This document shows positions 28,115-39,321 of a stretch of 64,000 nt of DNA, in pieces. This stretch comes from a virus, in the IMG/VR virus record IMGVR_UViG_3300020455_000892, positions 1 to 64,000 of that record. One strand, 5' to 3'. Numbering within the stretch: position 1 is the first letter of the stretch; every line of letters starts with the position of its first letter. The position numbers and the translations under genes are program-made. A model generated the notes under the pieces. That model did not search any database and was not told the DNA's origin. It was given only the letters and a program-made list of their open reading frames with translations.

Positions 28115-30145
28115 TTATCCTAAAAAGTATATTGCACAGGCAGTTTCAACGCCACCTTTTACTGTGTGTCCGCCGCCTGATCCAGTCATTTTCCATTCTA
28201 TATAATCACCACTGCTACACTTTAAAATACAACTGTGAGTATGATGATAGTATGTAGCATTTGGTGAATCTTGAGGTACAAAGTCTGCAAAGTTCATACC
28301 ATTACTTGCATTAGTTGCTCCGTTTATACATGGAAAAAAGTATCGCCATACTGATCCACCGTTGTTTTCCATTTGTACACTTGTTGTACACAAATATAGT
28401 CCAGTTTCTGGACAGGTATATCTTCCATTGCCACTATCCCAAGCACTGGTGTTTCCCTTTTGATAAACCACAGTAGTTAAATTTACTTTTACCCAATTAT
28501 TACCACTTGCCCAGGTCTGACTGCTGGGTAATGTAAGACAAATACCACTTTGTCTCGGACGCAGATTGTTGCCGTTGGATTTAAGTTCAAGTGCTGGATC
28601 GTCTGTAATTTGATGTGCAAGTTTTGTTGCCGCCGGTGTAGCAGGTATTTTGAATTGCATACTACCATAACTACTCCAAAGAGTCATACGTTCATTGCCT
28701 TTGTGATCGTATTGTATTCCGCCTCTGGTATTGTTGTCATAACCAAATGCCATACCCCATACAGTGTGATCGCCGCTAGTATCTCTGTTGTTGTTATCAT
28801 GGAAAAAGTTCATGTAATGTCTTCCAAGATAAGTTGTTTCAGTAGTATACAGTTGAGCTATATCTTCTTGATATCCAGTTGAATGTCCAGTGGCAGGTTT
28901 GTTTACTGTAAATTTTGCTGATAAATTTCCACTAGCACCAACACCAACAACACCACCATACGGATTTATTAAAAAGTCATTTGCAGTATTATCGCTTGTA
29001 TCAAATGTTTGTAGACCACTTTGATTTCCTTGACCCATTGAACCCATTGAAAAGCCTTTTGTTCTTGCTTCTCTATGAGGTGATACAACTAAAGCCATAT
29101 TTGCATTGCTCGCTTCTGCAACACTAACAGCGGTCCATGCCGCCGCACTATTATCTATTGTTAAACCTCTACCGCCAGTTTTTACAACTCCATCGCCATC
29201 TATTTGCAGACTCACTCTGCTGTCTGTAACATCATAAAACTGCAATGCACCATTTATAGTCTCTCCGTCTACTATTCTCCAAGACTGTGTAGTTGATCCT
29301 GTTTTTTTAATTTCTAATCCAACAGTACTGTTTGCGTTGACTTCTGCTTTGTATAAAGTTGTACCTGCACCAGTATAGAGATGCATTTTTTGATCAGGAC
29401 TAGCAGTGCCAATACCAACATTACCAGTTGACATTAAAGTCATTACCACACTGTCATTGTCATCTTCCCAAAACTGGTATTTTCCTGCTACTCTTTCTCC
29501 AATTTCCCAATTTGTACCAGATGTAGTTGCGTCTTGTCTGATGATACTGTCCATAGATGCAGTACCCCCAAGATGAAGTTTTTGGCTTGGACTCGTTGTA
29601 CCAATGCCAATTCTGTTATTAGAACTATCCACATGTAACGTATTTGTATCCACTGTCAATCCGTTACTGACTATTGTTCCTGTAGTAGTAATGTTAAATG
29701 CTTGTCCATCTAAATTACCACCTAGCTGTGGAGTAATGTCGAGTACTAAATCTGTTGATATGCCACTAAGATTGCTTCCGTCTCCACTATAACTGGTAGC
29801 TGTTACTGTACCTGTTACACTTACATTACCACCAAATGCACCACCTGATGCTTTGCTTACTGCATCGCCTACTTCAAATACTGCGAAACTTTTAACACTC
29901 ATGACATCGCCAGTTGTTGCTCCTATTGCAAGCACAACACTGGTACCGTTTGTTGCTGTAAAGTCTGCTTCTTCTAAGCGTACACCATTCAAAAATACTT
30001 CCATATTACCAGGATTGTATTCCAGCGTTTTGCCGTCAGAATCTACACCAGTAAATGTAGTTTGATTACTGGTTGCAGTAAAATTAAATTCGTCAAAAGT
30101 ATTTTCACTTACTATTGTGCTTGGAGCTTGTCCAATATATGCCAT
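28115..30145 (-). CDS. Tail fibre-like protein with C1q/TNF-like C-terminal domain
   Basis: MAYIGQAP start; GNVGIGT repeats; C-terminal WDSGNGRYTCPETGLYL...GDYIE...YFLG. Confidence 0.65.
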   Translation of the reverse strand: MAYIGQAPSTIVSENTFDEFNFTATSNQTTFTGVDSDGKTLEYNPGNMEVFLNGVRLEEADFTATNGTSVVLAIGATTGDVMSVKSFAVFEVGDAVSKASGGAFGGNVSVTGTVTATSYSGDGSNLSGISTDLVLDITPQLGGNLDGQAFNITTTGTIVSNGLTVDTNTLHVDSSNNRIGIGTTSPSQKLHLGGTASMDSIIRQDATTSGTNWEIGERVAGKYQFWEDDNDSVVMTLMSTGNVGIGTASPDQKMHLYTGAGTTLYKAEVNANSTVGLEIKKTGSTTQSWRIVDGETINGALQFYDVTDSRVSLQIDGDGVVKTGGRGLTIDNSAAAWTAVSVAEASNANMALVVSPHREARTKGFSMGSMGQGNQSGLQTFDTSDNTANDFLINPYGGVVGVGASGNLSAKFTVNKPATGHSTGYQEDIAQLYTTETTYLGRHYMNFFHDNNNRDTSGDHTVWGMAFGYDNNTRGGIQYDHKGNERMTLWSSYGSMQFKIPATPAATKLAHQITDDPALELKSNGNNLRPRQSGICLTLPSSQTWASGNNWVKVNLTTVVYQKGNTSAWDSGNGRYTCPETGLYLCTTSVQMENNGGSVWRYFFPCINGATNASNGMNFADFVPQDSPNATYYHHTHSCILKCSSGDYIEWKMTGSGGGHTVKGGVETACAIYFLG

Positions 30146-30177
30146 ATGTACACCTTATTTGCTATACATATTTATGT

Positions 30178-30435
30178 TTAACTTGGTGCTGGAGGATCTT
30201 CTACGTCAAATGCCGCTTCTATCAATTCATCACTAAAAATTGTTTTACAATGAGCTAAAAGTTCAGCATCAGTCATTGTTGCGATGCCTAGTTCATCAGC
30301 TTCGCCTATAACTTCTTGTGCTGATATTTTTTTGGTTACGCCATCTTTTACAAGTGTTACTCTATGTGCAATACCCAACAGATCTCCAAAGTCATCTGTT
30401 CTTTTGTTGTATGCGTATGTTTTTGTTATTGCCAT
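30178..30435 (-). CDS. Small fibre-associated protein
   Basis: 85 aa ORF directly downstream of a fibre gene. Confidence 0.5.
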   Translation of the reverse strand: MAITKTYAYNKRTDDFGDLLGIAHRVTLVKDGVTKKISAQEVIGEADELGIATMTDAELLAHCKTIFSDELIEAAFDVEDPPAPS

Positions 30436-30444
30436 TTTATATCC

Positions 30445-32349
30445 TTATGAATGCGACTGTATACAATTTACTTTAGTAGTTAATGAACCCGAACTGTATC
30501 TTAAGTATAATGCATACCCACTTCCTGTATAAATTCTGCTAGGTGGTGATCCAGCAATAGTCTGTTGTGCTATTATTGTAGGACTAGCATTGTATCCAAA
30601 GTAAACTAGATCACAAAACTGCCCGTTGCCATATCCAGCTACAAATACCAATGCTCCAAAAGCACTGTTTACGACCTGTATATTTGACGTTCCTATACTT
30701 GTTCCTGAGCCACCTGTATACTGTGAAGTTTTGATCGACAGTTGATTCCCTCCATTGCCCCAAAAATTAAATGAACCACTGCCACTTGGAGTAAAATCCA
30801 TACCGCCTGTTGACATTACTGCCATTTCATTATAGGTTCCTGCACCTTGAGGATCAACTGATTTCTGAAAACTAATTTCGCCGCCAGTATAGATATCAGT
30901 TGAATTACTTGAAATTCCCAAACCACTTACCCAGCTACCGTCATTTTGTAGCACAATCTTATTCGGTCCTCGTTGAGTATCTGAATAGTCAGTATCAAAG
31001 CCAATTCTTCCATCCATAGAGGTAAAAGCTGTTGAACTGTTTGTTCCAATAGAACTATTTAAAGTAAGTGTCTGATCTGGAGCATTTGTACCAATACCAA
31101 CATTGCCACCTGATAGTATAGTTAGTTTATCACCTACTCCGTTTTCATGTATTTTAAAACTGCTAGCACTTGCCACAATCCACCATTCAGAAGTTCCATT
31201 TTTTTGAAATTCTAACTGATAATCTGTATTAGTACTATCAAGTGATAATGGATAAGCAGATGAACTGCCAACTATTCTCATTTTTCTTGCACCTGGATTA
31301 TCAGTACCAATACCAACATTACCATTATTTTTAGCAACTAAAATATTATCAAAAGTTCCATGTGTGGCATTATTAGCGGCAATTCTTAGTACATTACCTG
31401 TACCAGACACCGCATTTGTGCCTTCTGTTTTAACTACTAATCCTTGATCTACATTATTATTACCACCTCCGCCAGATTGAGTAATATACATAACAGCTTC
31501 ATTGCTTGCCGAAGCTATAGTTGCCATTACTTGACCAGTTGCTCTGGCTTCAAAACCTGTCGTAGCACCATCAGAAATATTTTTAGCTACTAATAAATTA
31601 CCAGACGTATCAATAACTAACCTATTTGCACCTGCATCAAAATCTACAACAGAAAAATATGAACCTGCTCTGTCTGCTCTAATTCCAAAAGTTTTATTAT
31701 CATTTATTAGTTTAATATCTGTGTCTGTAGTTTGAGCACTTATTCCTACGTTTATTCCAGCTGTGGTTGTTTCAAATTTAGTAATATTATTATGTCGTAA
31801 CTGCACTTGTGCATCTGCGTAAAATATAGCATAATATTCAGCGGCATTTTTCTTAGTTAATGCTAGATTTCCGTCTGTTTGAATCCAAGTATTATGACCA
31901 TTGGTGGCTCTTATAATGTTATTATTCCCGTCATGATGTATTGTAAAATCACCGTTATCACCCAGGCTAATTTTATCAGCATCACCCATTGCCAGTGTTT
32001 GTGCAGTTGAAGTATCAACTGTTATAGTTGTGCCTTGTACAGTTAGGTTACCTGTCACTGTAACGTCACCTGTAAAGGTTCCGCCAGTACTAGCACTTAC
32101 TACATCTGCTAAACTAAACAAATGTTGTGAAATAATTGTAATTTCATCATTGACAGCGGCGCCAACAGCTAGTACAACTGTGGTTCCATTGGTTGCAGTA
32201 TAATCACTAGGTGCTAGCAAAATACCATTTTGATAAACGTCTACATAACCTTGTGTGTATGAAGCACTAAAAGTTGTCTGGCTGGCTGTAGCAGTAAATG
32301 TATTGAGCTGTCGTCTACCTTGTTGTAAACCTTGTCCAATATATGGCAT
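30445..32349 (-). CDS. Tail fibre-like protein
   Basis: MPYIGQG start; VYQNGILL...DYTATNGTTVVL module; GNVGIGT repeats. Confidence 0.65.
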   Translation of the reverse strand: MPYIGQGLQQGRRQLNTFTATASQTTFSASYTQGYVDVYQNGILLAPSDYTATNGTTVVLAVGAAVNDEITIISQHLFSLADVVSASTGGTFTGDVTVTGNLTVQGTTITVDTSTAQTLAMGDADKISLGDNGDFTIHHDGNNNIIRATNGHNTWIQTDGNLALTKKNAAEYYAIFYADAQVQLRHNNITKFETTTAGINVGISAQTTDTDIKLINDNKTFGIRADRAGSYFSVVDFDAGANRLVIDTSGNLLVAKNISDGATTGFEARATGQVMATIASASNEAVMYITQSGGGGNNNVDQGLVVKTEGTNAVSGTGNVLRIAANNATHGTFDNILVAKNNGNVGIGTDNPGARKMRIVGSSSAYPLSLDSTNTDYQLEFQKNGTSEWWIVASASSFKIHENGVGDKLTILSGGNVGIGTNAPDQTLTLNSSIGTNSSTAFTSMDGRIGFDTDYSDTQRGPNKIVLQNDGSWVSGLGISSNSTDIYTGGEISFQKSVDPQGAGTYNEMAVMSTGGMDFTPSGSGSFNFWGNGGNQLSIKTSQYTGGSGTSIGTSNIQVVNSAFGALVFVAGYGNGQFCDLVYFGYNASPTIIAQQTIAGSPPSRIYTGSGYALYLRYSSGSLTTKVNCIQSHS

Positions 32350-32627
32350 TAACTCTCACCTGGCGCATCTGGCACATCATTTAATCTATCTTTTGCAGTT
32401 TTTACTACACCCAAATCATATGCTTGTGTAATTTGTGCATCTTCTCCGGTTGCAATAGCTATATCATTTGCGTTGCAATGTGCAACCAACGCTGATATAA
32501 TTTGTGATTTCAGAACATTGGCTTTGTTTTTAATAATAGCATCTGCCCACACGTCCAAATCATCTGCAATATCATATTGCAAACATTTTTCTTCTGTGTC
32601 TGAGATAGTAACTGTTATATCTGGCAT
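32349..32627 (-). CDS. Small fibre-associated protein, paralog of 27827-28108
   Basis: MPDITVTISDTEEKCL...AYDLGVVKTAKDR. Confidence 0.55.
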   Translation of the reverse strand: MPDITVTISDTEEKCLQYDIADDLDVWADAIIKNKANVLKSQIISALVAHCNANDIAIATGEDAQITQAYDLGVVKTAKDRLNDVPDAPGES

Positions 32628-32648
32628 GTTTTCTCCTATTTGTATTAT

Positions 32649-34196
32649 TTAACCTAAAAAGTATACCCAATAACCACAGTATGGCGAATATACTTGGAAT
32701 GAACCAGTCCCAGCGACATATACGCCTATTTGTACATAATCAGTATCAGTCATATAGACTATAACACTATGGCTGTTCATTTTGTCATTTGTATCTCCAC
32801 CATAGTTAATAATATGTCCACCAAACTGATTACTGCCATTTTTATATACATTTGCATATCCATAAGGACTGCTGTTTGAACCTGTGGTAGCATAAATTTC
32901 TGGGTTAACCAAATACCAACCTGCTACGGGGGCGTAAAATCTACCAGCGTCATCTATTGTATTAGCACCAGAGTTTTGTTGCCATGCCGCCGGAGTGTAC
33001 CAACTGCTAAAAATATTATGATTGTTACCATTTAAAGTAATCCAAGTGTTAGAAGCAGAAACATTTCTTCTATATCCAACTGGTTGATTAGGTGTTGAAA
33101 TATGACCATCTTCAGTTATTTGCATTTGCTTGGTGTAAGCACCTGTAGCACTATCTGTGTAGAACTCCATTTGACCACCATGACTTGTATCAACTTGCCT
33201 AAATCTTATACCAGAGGCATAACTAGAGTCTGCTGACGAGTACTGCCATTTTAAATCACTATACGTTCCTGCTGAGTTATTGTTATTTGTTAATAGTATG
33301 CCACCACCTGTTGCTGATGCTTCTTGTATATGCAGTTTTGTTCCAGGATTAGCTGTACCAATACCAACATTACCACCCTCAGCCTGTAATGCAATTTGAT
33401 AAGCCGCATTGGAACTGATTGTTTTACCTTGTATGTTTAGTAAAGCACCAGTTGTAGTCCCTAGCAGTAATTGTAAATTGTCTGCTGTGTTTCTAATAGA
33501 ACTGGCATATTGTGCAGTCGTTCCATGATCTACTTGTAATTTGTACCCAGAACCAGTTGTACCAATACCAACATTTCCAACACTATCAATTTTCATATGT
33601 GAAGTCATAGTAGTCAAATTATTATCTGTAGCACCAAGGTCATCGGTAGTTTGAAAAACTATTTCTCCAGATTGTTGATAAATCCTACTAGCTTTACCTG
33701 AGCCTAAATACTTAAAAGCTGAACCGTTCCAATAAAAATTATGTCCTATTTGAGTACTCGTATCATTTCCAAGAAGCACACCTTGTTCTCCTAGTGAAAT
33801 ATTACCAGGAAAAGTAGAAGCACTTATATTACTATTAGGAGTTACACCAATACCTATTCTACCACCGTCATCAATTCTCAAGCGTTCATTTGTGCCAGTG
33901 GCAAATCTCAAAGTTGATGCTCGCATACCCATACTACGCAAGCCGTCATTTGCATCATTTGTTGCTTGAAATCCTGGTACACTACCTATTTCACCTATAT
34001 TACCAGAGAATCTAATCTTTTTATTAGTACCCATGTCTATAGCAGGATCAGTAATAGGTAACTTTGTTGCTAGACTATTTGTTACTGTGGTTGCAAAGTT
34101 TGCGTCATCACCTAATGCCGCGGCAAGTTCATCCAGTGTGTCTAGTGCCGCCGGAGCATCTGTCAACATTGTTGCTATTTGTTTTGACTTACCCAT
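32649..34196 (-). CDS. Tail fibre-like protein with C1q/TNF-like C-terminal domain
   Basis: APAALDTLDELAAALGDDANFATTV module; GNVGIGT repeats; GRFYAPVAGWYLV...DYVQ...YFLG. Confidence 0.7.
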   Translation of the reverse strand: MGKSKQIATMLTDAPAALDTLDELAAALGDDANFATTVTNSLATKLPITDPAIDMGTNKKIRFSGNIGEIGSVPGFQATNDANDGLRSMGMRASTLRFATGTNERLRIDDGGRIGIGVTPNSNISASTFPGNISLGEQGVLLGNDTSTQIGHNFYWNGSAFKYLGSGKASRIYQQSGEIVFQTTDDLGATDNNLTTMTSHMKIDSVGNVGIGTTGSGYKLQVDHGTTAQYASSIRNTADNLQLLLGTTTGALLNIQGKTISSNAAYQIALQAEGGNVGIGTANPGTKLHIQEASATGGGILLTNNNNSAGTYSDLKWQYSSADSSYASGIRFRQVDTSHGGQMEFYTDSATGAYTKQMQITEDGHISTPNQPVGYRRNVSASNTWITLNGNNHNIFSSWYTPAAWQQNSGANTIDDAGRFYAPVAGWYLVNPEIYATTGSNSSPYGYANVYKNGSNQFGGHIINYGGDTNDKMNSHSVIVYMTDTDYVQIGVYVAGTGSFQVYSPYCGYWVYFLG

Positions 34197-34504
34197 TACG
34201 TCTGCTCTAGTACACTTATTATAGCATCACAGCTACTAGCAGTGTCACTGGTTACTACAATAGTATCAGCGGCTTCTGCAATAATTTTTCCTTCTAGTAC
34301 ACTTAATGCACCACCACTCGGTATAGGTGCATCTTTAACAATGTATGTCGTTCCTAGTTGAGCACTAACTGTAATTTGTGATGCTGTTGTATTTGCTAAG
34401 TTAACTCCTATTAGTATAGAAGTTGTTGCACTTGCTACTGTGTAAACAGTTGTTGGTGATGTTCCTATGCTAGCTGATGTATAATTTTTAAATGTTTGTG
34501 CCAT
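34196..34504 (-). CDS. Small virion protein
   Basis: MAQTFKN...TVYTV...LAN...IVKDAPIP.GGAL...KI......D.I.V.SD...S.D..IS.LE. Confidence 0.6.
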   Translation of the reverse strand: MAQTFKNYTSASIGTSPTTVYTVASATTSILIGVNLANTTASQITVSAQLGTTYIVKDAPIPSGGALSVLEGKIIAEAADTIVVTSDTASSCDAIISVLEQT

Positions 34505-34507
34505 ATT

Positions 34508-35641
34508 CTATCCTAACGCTATTGCCAATGCAGTTGCTTCAGCAATAATATCTGTAAATTCCTTGTCGTCTAATTTGTCAGCGTTCAAGTTGCTGACCAT
34601 TGTTGTACTTGTTACTGTTAATGGTGCAGTACCTGTTGCTATTGTACTTATTAGTGTTTCACTTGTTGTACTTCCTGTGACTGCTACACCAGTACTAGTT
34701 GTTGCAATTTTCTTAGAACCATAATGATATAATTCAGTTGCACCAGTTGAACCGTCTGCTATAATGTAGTTTGCTATACCACCACTGCCGTCATCTGAAC
34801 TGATTGCAATAACTTCGTCATTGTCATAAGTTCTAATATCAATGCCACCAGTAGTACTGAAAAGTAGTAACTTGCCACTAGCACCAGTGTGTTCTAACTT
34901 GCCTCTTTCACCTGTGCCTAATGCAATTTTATTATTGTCGGCCATTTCTATATTAAAGCCGTTTGATTCTAAATCGCCACCTAGCTGTGGACTTGTATCA
35001 TCTACTACATCAGCAATACCACTTGATTGTGCCACCCATGCATAATCTGAACCATTCCAACTTAATACATATCCTGATGTTGGATTGCTTTGATTTAAAT
35101 GTGTGTCAACTCTTGCATCTGTGTAATATAAATTAGTACCTTCTGATAAATCTGATGTTGACTTTGCACTTAATCTTGTGTCAAATCTTGCATCTGTATA
35201 ATATAGATTTGTTGTTCCTTCGCTCAATGAGTCTGTGTCGTGATTGCTTATATCACTTACTGTGCCTGTAATATTTCCTGTAACATTTCCTACTATATTA
35301 CCAGAAAGATCCTTGTTGATTGCCCAACGATCATTTGTACTATCATATGTAAGTGTTGCTCCAGCTCCGTCTACCGTAAGTCCAGCTCCGTCGGCGGCTC
35401 CTGCATTTGCCGCTCCTTTGGCTACTGTAATGTTGAGATCTGCTACATCAAGTGTTGCACTGTTGACAGTAGTTGTTGTGCCGTTTACTTGTAGGCTACC
35501 TTTTATTTCAACAGTACCGGTATCATCACCAACACCTGCTGGATCAATTACCAAGTTACTTGGACCTGCTAAGTATCCGCCTACAGTAATATGCCCTGCC
35601 ATTTGGGCATTGCTTTTAATCATAAAATCTTTTAATGCCAT
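34508..35641 (-). CDS. Virion/fibre protein
   Basis: DGAGLTVDG module, two EGT.NLYYTDAR repeats, SPQLGG, C-terminal ALAIALG. Confidence 0.6.
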   Translation of the reverse strand: MALKDFMIKSNAQMAGHITVGGYLAGPSNLVIDPAGVGDDTGTVEIKGSLQVNGTTTTVNSATLDVADLNITVAKGAANAGAADGAGLTVDGAGATLTYDSTNDRWAINKDLSGNIVGNVTGNITGTVSDISNHDTDSLSEGTTNLYYTDARFDTRLSAKSTSDLSEGTNLYYTDARVDTHLNQSNPTSGYVLSWNGSDYAWVAQSSGIADVVDDTSPQLGGDLESNGFNIEMADNNKIALGTGERGKLEHTGASGKLLLFSTTGGIDIRTYDNDEVIAISSDDGSGGIANYIIADGSTGATELYHYGSKKIATTSTGVAVTGSTTSETLISTIATGTAPLTVTSTTMVSNLNADKLDDKEFTDIIAEATALAIALG

Positions 35642-35642
35642 A

Positions 35643-38600
35643 TTACACCAACATACTTTGTCTAATTACTTTATATTGTGTGCTATTAGTACTAGCACCG
35701 GTTGCTAATAATCTAGCATTGCCACTGTTTGTATCTGCATCTAGTGTAAACAATTCTGCACTACCTGTCATTACAATACCATAAACACTGACATATGCAG
35801 TGGAGCCATCATGTACCAGTAATGCTTCTGTTATTTGATATTCGCTACTGACTGTATCAGTAGCTTGGATTACATATTTGCAACTTCTAAATTTTGTAAG
35901 TGCAAAAGTGTCTATTGCCGTCTGAGTTGTTGTTGCGAGAGTGGTTGCGGCTGTTTCGAGTGTGCTTACACCATTAATACGGATGGCTCCATCTACATGT
36001 AGTTTTTCCAACGGATTTGTCTGACCGATGCCAACATTACCTGTAGTGTCTGGCATGATCTCAATGTCTCTGCCACTACTGCTTACAATTTGATGTGTTA
36101 TTACATCTAAGTTGCCACCTAGTTCTGGACTAGTGTCTTCGTTAACATTTTGCATGCCACTGCCACTTAGGTTTTGTACACTGGTAAACACCAGTTGTCC
36201 ACTACCGTTAGTTGCTAGTACTTGGTCTATATTTCCATCTGCTGTTGGATAATTAATACCACTGATTTGTACTTTACCAGTACCATCAGGTTGAATAACA
36301 ATATTACCACTATTAGTACTAGTAATTGTTTTATTGTTAACTACTAAGTTACCACCTAATTGAGGAGTTGTATCGTTTACAAGATCAGCTCTAGCTTGTG
36401 TAAAGTATAAGTTTGTGCTACCTTCTGGTAAATCATCTGTGCTAACTTGATTTGTACCTGTACCGAAATCAATGTGTGTATCATTTATACTGTTTGCTGT
36501 TGGACTAAAAGTTGGAGTAACTGTGCTTACTCCAGTAACATGTCCTTCTGCATCAACAGTTACTATTGGTATAAGTGTAGCTGATCCATAAGCGCCTGCA
36601 CTAACACCACTATTTCCACTATGTACATTAGCACCATTTATTTGTGTTGCGCCGGTTGTGTAATCTATTGTAAACTTGTTTAAGCTAGCTCCAAAAGCAA
36701 AATTACCAGTTGCGCCAATTTGCATACGCTGTGTGCCAGCAGTAAAGAAATCCATTTCATCATTGTCACTGGTACCTGTTTCAAATTCAATTTTTGTATC
36801 ACCGTCGCCGTCTTGTGTTGCACCAGCACCTTCAACTGCTAGTTTTTTCCATACAGTATTAGTACCATCATAGTACTCCATTTTTTGGTCATCTGTATTG
36901 TACCTAAAAATACCTTGCACAGGAGTTGGTCGTTGTGCAGTTGTTCCAGTTGGCCCTTGTATACCTCCTGTACCTACTGCACCGAATACATTACCTGTCC
37001 AGTATAATGCGTTTGATCCAATTAATTCACCGCTTATAGCTGTGTAAGGAATCTGTGTAGAACTTAAATTTTGTGCTTTTAAACTAGTTGCTTCTAAGTT
37101 ACCTGCATTATCAATACTAATTAATGTGTGGTTTGACAACCCTAATTGTGGAAGTGTAATAGCAACTATCTCACCAGTAACAATAATATCAATCTGATCA
37201 CCATTCTGAGGAGTTGATAAAAATGTGATTACACCACTTGACTCAGTATAGTCATTTGTTTTTTGCATCAACACACCGTTTAAAAACACCATGCTTACAG
37301 TACCATCACCTGCAACAGGATCAAATACTGTAGTTGATCCATTAGCTGTAAAGTTTACTGGAATAAAACCTGTGTCAGCACCACTAACAACAGATACCCA
37401 TTCGCCGCCTGTATATACATAAAGTTCAGCTGTAGTACCTGTATCAAACCAAAGGTCACCAGCATTAACACCTACAGTAGGTGCATTGTTTTGATAGTAT
37501 GCTGTTCCGCTTCCGCTAGCAATAGTTTGGAATGTTGCAACTCCATTTGCATCTAATACCGGTACTTGTCCTGTTGTTCCTCGTACAGTTGGTAATTTAT
37601 AGAATGTTGAACTGCTGGAATCACCAATAATAAAATCACCATTGGCATCTATCATTGCTCTTTCTGTGCCAGCTGTAGTGAATCTTATTTTGTCTTCATC
37701 AGCTGAAGCTTCTACTTTAATATGTGTGTCTGCATCTTGGTCTGTGATTGCATCACCAGAACCTCCACCACCACCGCCTGTGATAGTTATAGTTTTGGTT
37801 GCGCCTGTACCTGTTGCTGTAACACCAGGCCCTACAAAATTAAGTGTAGTAGCGGCTGTGGTTAAATTTGTACCTTCGTCTTGTACTGTAATTTGACCAC
37901 CAACAGTTCCCCAACTGTAATCTGCACCATCATAAATTAATGCTTGACCAGTTGTTGCTGTGCTTAGATTTAAGTGTGCGTCAACATCACTATCGCCATA
38001 TTGAGCTACACCTGTAATTGTAATTTCATCTGTAGTAGCATCTGTGGTAATTGTAATACCTGTTCCTGCTACTAGTGTTAGTGTGTCAGTACTGCTATCT
38101 GCTTCTACTGTAGTTTGTCCACTTACTGCAATCTTATCAAATACATTTTGTGAACCACCAGAAACAGAAAATATAACTCTGTCGTTGATGTCATCAGTTG
38201 TAAGAGTCATACCAGGACCAGCAACAAATGTTAATGTGTCTGCTACGTTATCAGCATGGATAGTATTTTGTCCACTTATAGCAATTTTATCAAACAAGTT
38301 CTGTGCAGATCCACCTCCACCTCCTACAGTTTGAATAGTAATTTCATCTGTATTAGGATTAGTTGTAATCGAAATACCAGTGCCACCTACAAGTGTTAGT
38401 GTATCAGTACTGCTATCTGCAACAACATCTGATTGTCCACTTACTGAAATAGTTTTGAATGTTTCAGTAACTTGTGAATTTTCTATTGTTATTTCATCTG
38501 TAGTTGCATCTGTACTAATTGTAATACCTGTGCCAGCTACAAGCGTGAGTATATCTTCTGCTTGATCTGCTACTATGCTGTCTTGTCCAGTTACTGAAAT

Positions 38601-39293
38601 AGTTTTAAATGCTTCATTAACTGGAGGTGTTGTGCCAACTTCTACCCAAGCTGTACCATTGTAAACTTCTGCTTTGTTATTAGTTGTACTAAAACGTAAC
38701 ATACCAGTTTGAGCAGTACCTGGTCTTTCTGCATCTGTACCTTGAGGAAGGATAAATGACTCTGTGCTAGCACTAGCATCTATAGTGCCTCCTATAAAAA
38801 TATTTTTCCATTTTTTAAGAGAACTACCTAAATTGTATGTACTATCTAAATTAGGAAGTAAACTGTTATTAAAGTCTGAATTAACGTTGATGCCATCTGT
38901 GTCTGCATCACCTATTGTAATATCTCCTCCAATAGTAACATTACCTTTTAATTCTGTATTGCCTTCAACTGTAAATTTACCAGTGTTATCAATGCTTACA
39001 CGTTCTGTGCCAGCAGTAAAGAATTTTATAGTATCATTATCTAGAGGATTATCAACTTCAATATATGTATCTTGGTCGGCATCGATTACGCCACCAATAT
39101 TTTTCCATGCTACACCATTGTAGCCTTCAAACCTGTTAAGTTGTGAATTAAATCTTATTTGACCTGTAGCCGCTGTACTAGGTCGTTGAGCTGTATTACC
39201 AACAGGAATTCTGATACTCCCGTTGGTGTTAATGTTAAGTGTACCACTTTGAGTGGTAATTCTATCCTTCTGATGATCTAAATTTAATGCCAT
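35643..39293 (-). CDS. Large mosaic virion/fibre protein (1216 aa)
   Basis: Three P.G..A.RP...G..RF/YN modules; three D.D.DT.I modules; four F..I.V.GQ....AD...D.LT.V.G.G repeats. Confidence 0.65.
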   Translation of the reverse strand: MALNLDHQKDRITTQSGTLNINTNGSIRIPVGNTAQRPSTAATGQIRFNSQLNRFEGYNGVAWKNIGGVIDADQDTYIEVDNPLDNDTIKFFTAGTERVSIDNTGKFTVEGNTELKGNVTIGGDITIGDADTDGINVNSDFNNSLLPNLDSTYNLGSSLKKWKNIFIGGTIDASASTESFILPQGTDAERPGTAQTGMLRFSTTNNKAEVYNGTAWVEVGTTPPVNEAFKTISVTGQDSIVADQAEDILTLVAGTGITISTDATTDEITIENSQVTETFKTISVSGQSDVVADSSTDTLTLVGGTGISITTNPNTDEITIQTVGGGGGSAQNLFDKIAISGQNTIHADNVADTLTFVAGPGMTLTTDDINDRVIFSVSGGSQNVFDKIAVSGQTTVEADSSTDTLTLVAGTGITITTDATTDEITITGVAQYGDSDVDAHLNLSTATTGQALIYDGADYSWGTVGGQITVQDEGTNLTTAATTLNFVGPGVTATGTGATKTITITGGGGGGSGDAITDQDADTHIKVEASADEDKIRFTTAGTERAMIDANGDFIIGDSSSSTFYKLPTVRGTTGQVPVLDANGVATFQTIASGSGTAYYQNNAPTVGVNAGDLWFDTGTTAELYVYTGGEWVSVVSGADTGFIPVNFTANGSTTVFDPVAGDGTVSMVFLNGVLMQKTNDYTESSGVITFLSTPQNGDQIDIIVTGEIVAITLPQLGLSNHTLISIDNAGNLEATSLKAQNLSSTQIPYTAISGELIGSNALYWTGNVFGAVGTGGIQGPTGTTAQRPTPVQGIFRYNTDDQKMEYYDGTNTVWKKLAVEGAGATQDGDGDTKIEFETGTSDNDEMDFFTAGTQRMQIGATGNFAFGASLNKFTIDYTTGATQINGANVHSGNSGVSAGAYGSATLIPIVTVDAEGHVTGVSTVTPTFSPTANSINDTHIDFGTGTNQVSTDDLPEGSTNLYFTQARADLVNDTTPQLGGNLVVNNKTITSTNSGNIVIQPDGTGKVQISGINYPTADGNIDQVLATNGSGQLVFTSVQNLSGSGMQNVNEDTSPELGGNLDVITHQIVSSSGRDIEIMPDTTGNVGIGQTNPLEKLHVDGAIRINGVSTLETAATTLATTTQTAIDTFALTKFRSCKYVIQATDTVSSEYQITEALLVHDGSTAYVSVYGIVMTGSAELFTLDADTNSGNARLLATGASTNSTQYKVIRQSMLV
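38000..38620 (-). repeat. Four tandem ~45-50 aa intragenic repeats
   Basis: FKTISVTGQ.../FKTISVSGQ.../FDKIAISGQ.../FDKIAVSGQ... each followed by (I/T)LT(L/F)V(A/G)G.G. Confidence 0.75.
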
Positions 39294-39321
39294 GCATGTC
39301 TCTCACAACTGTTTTATATAT

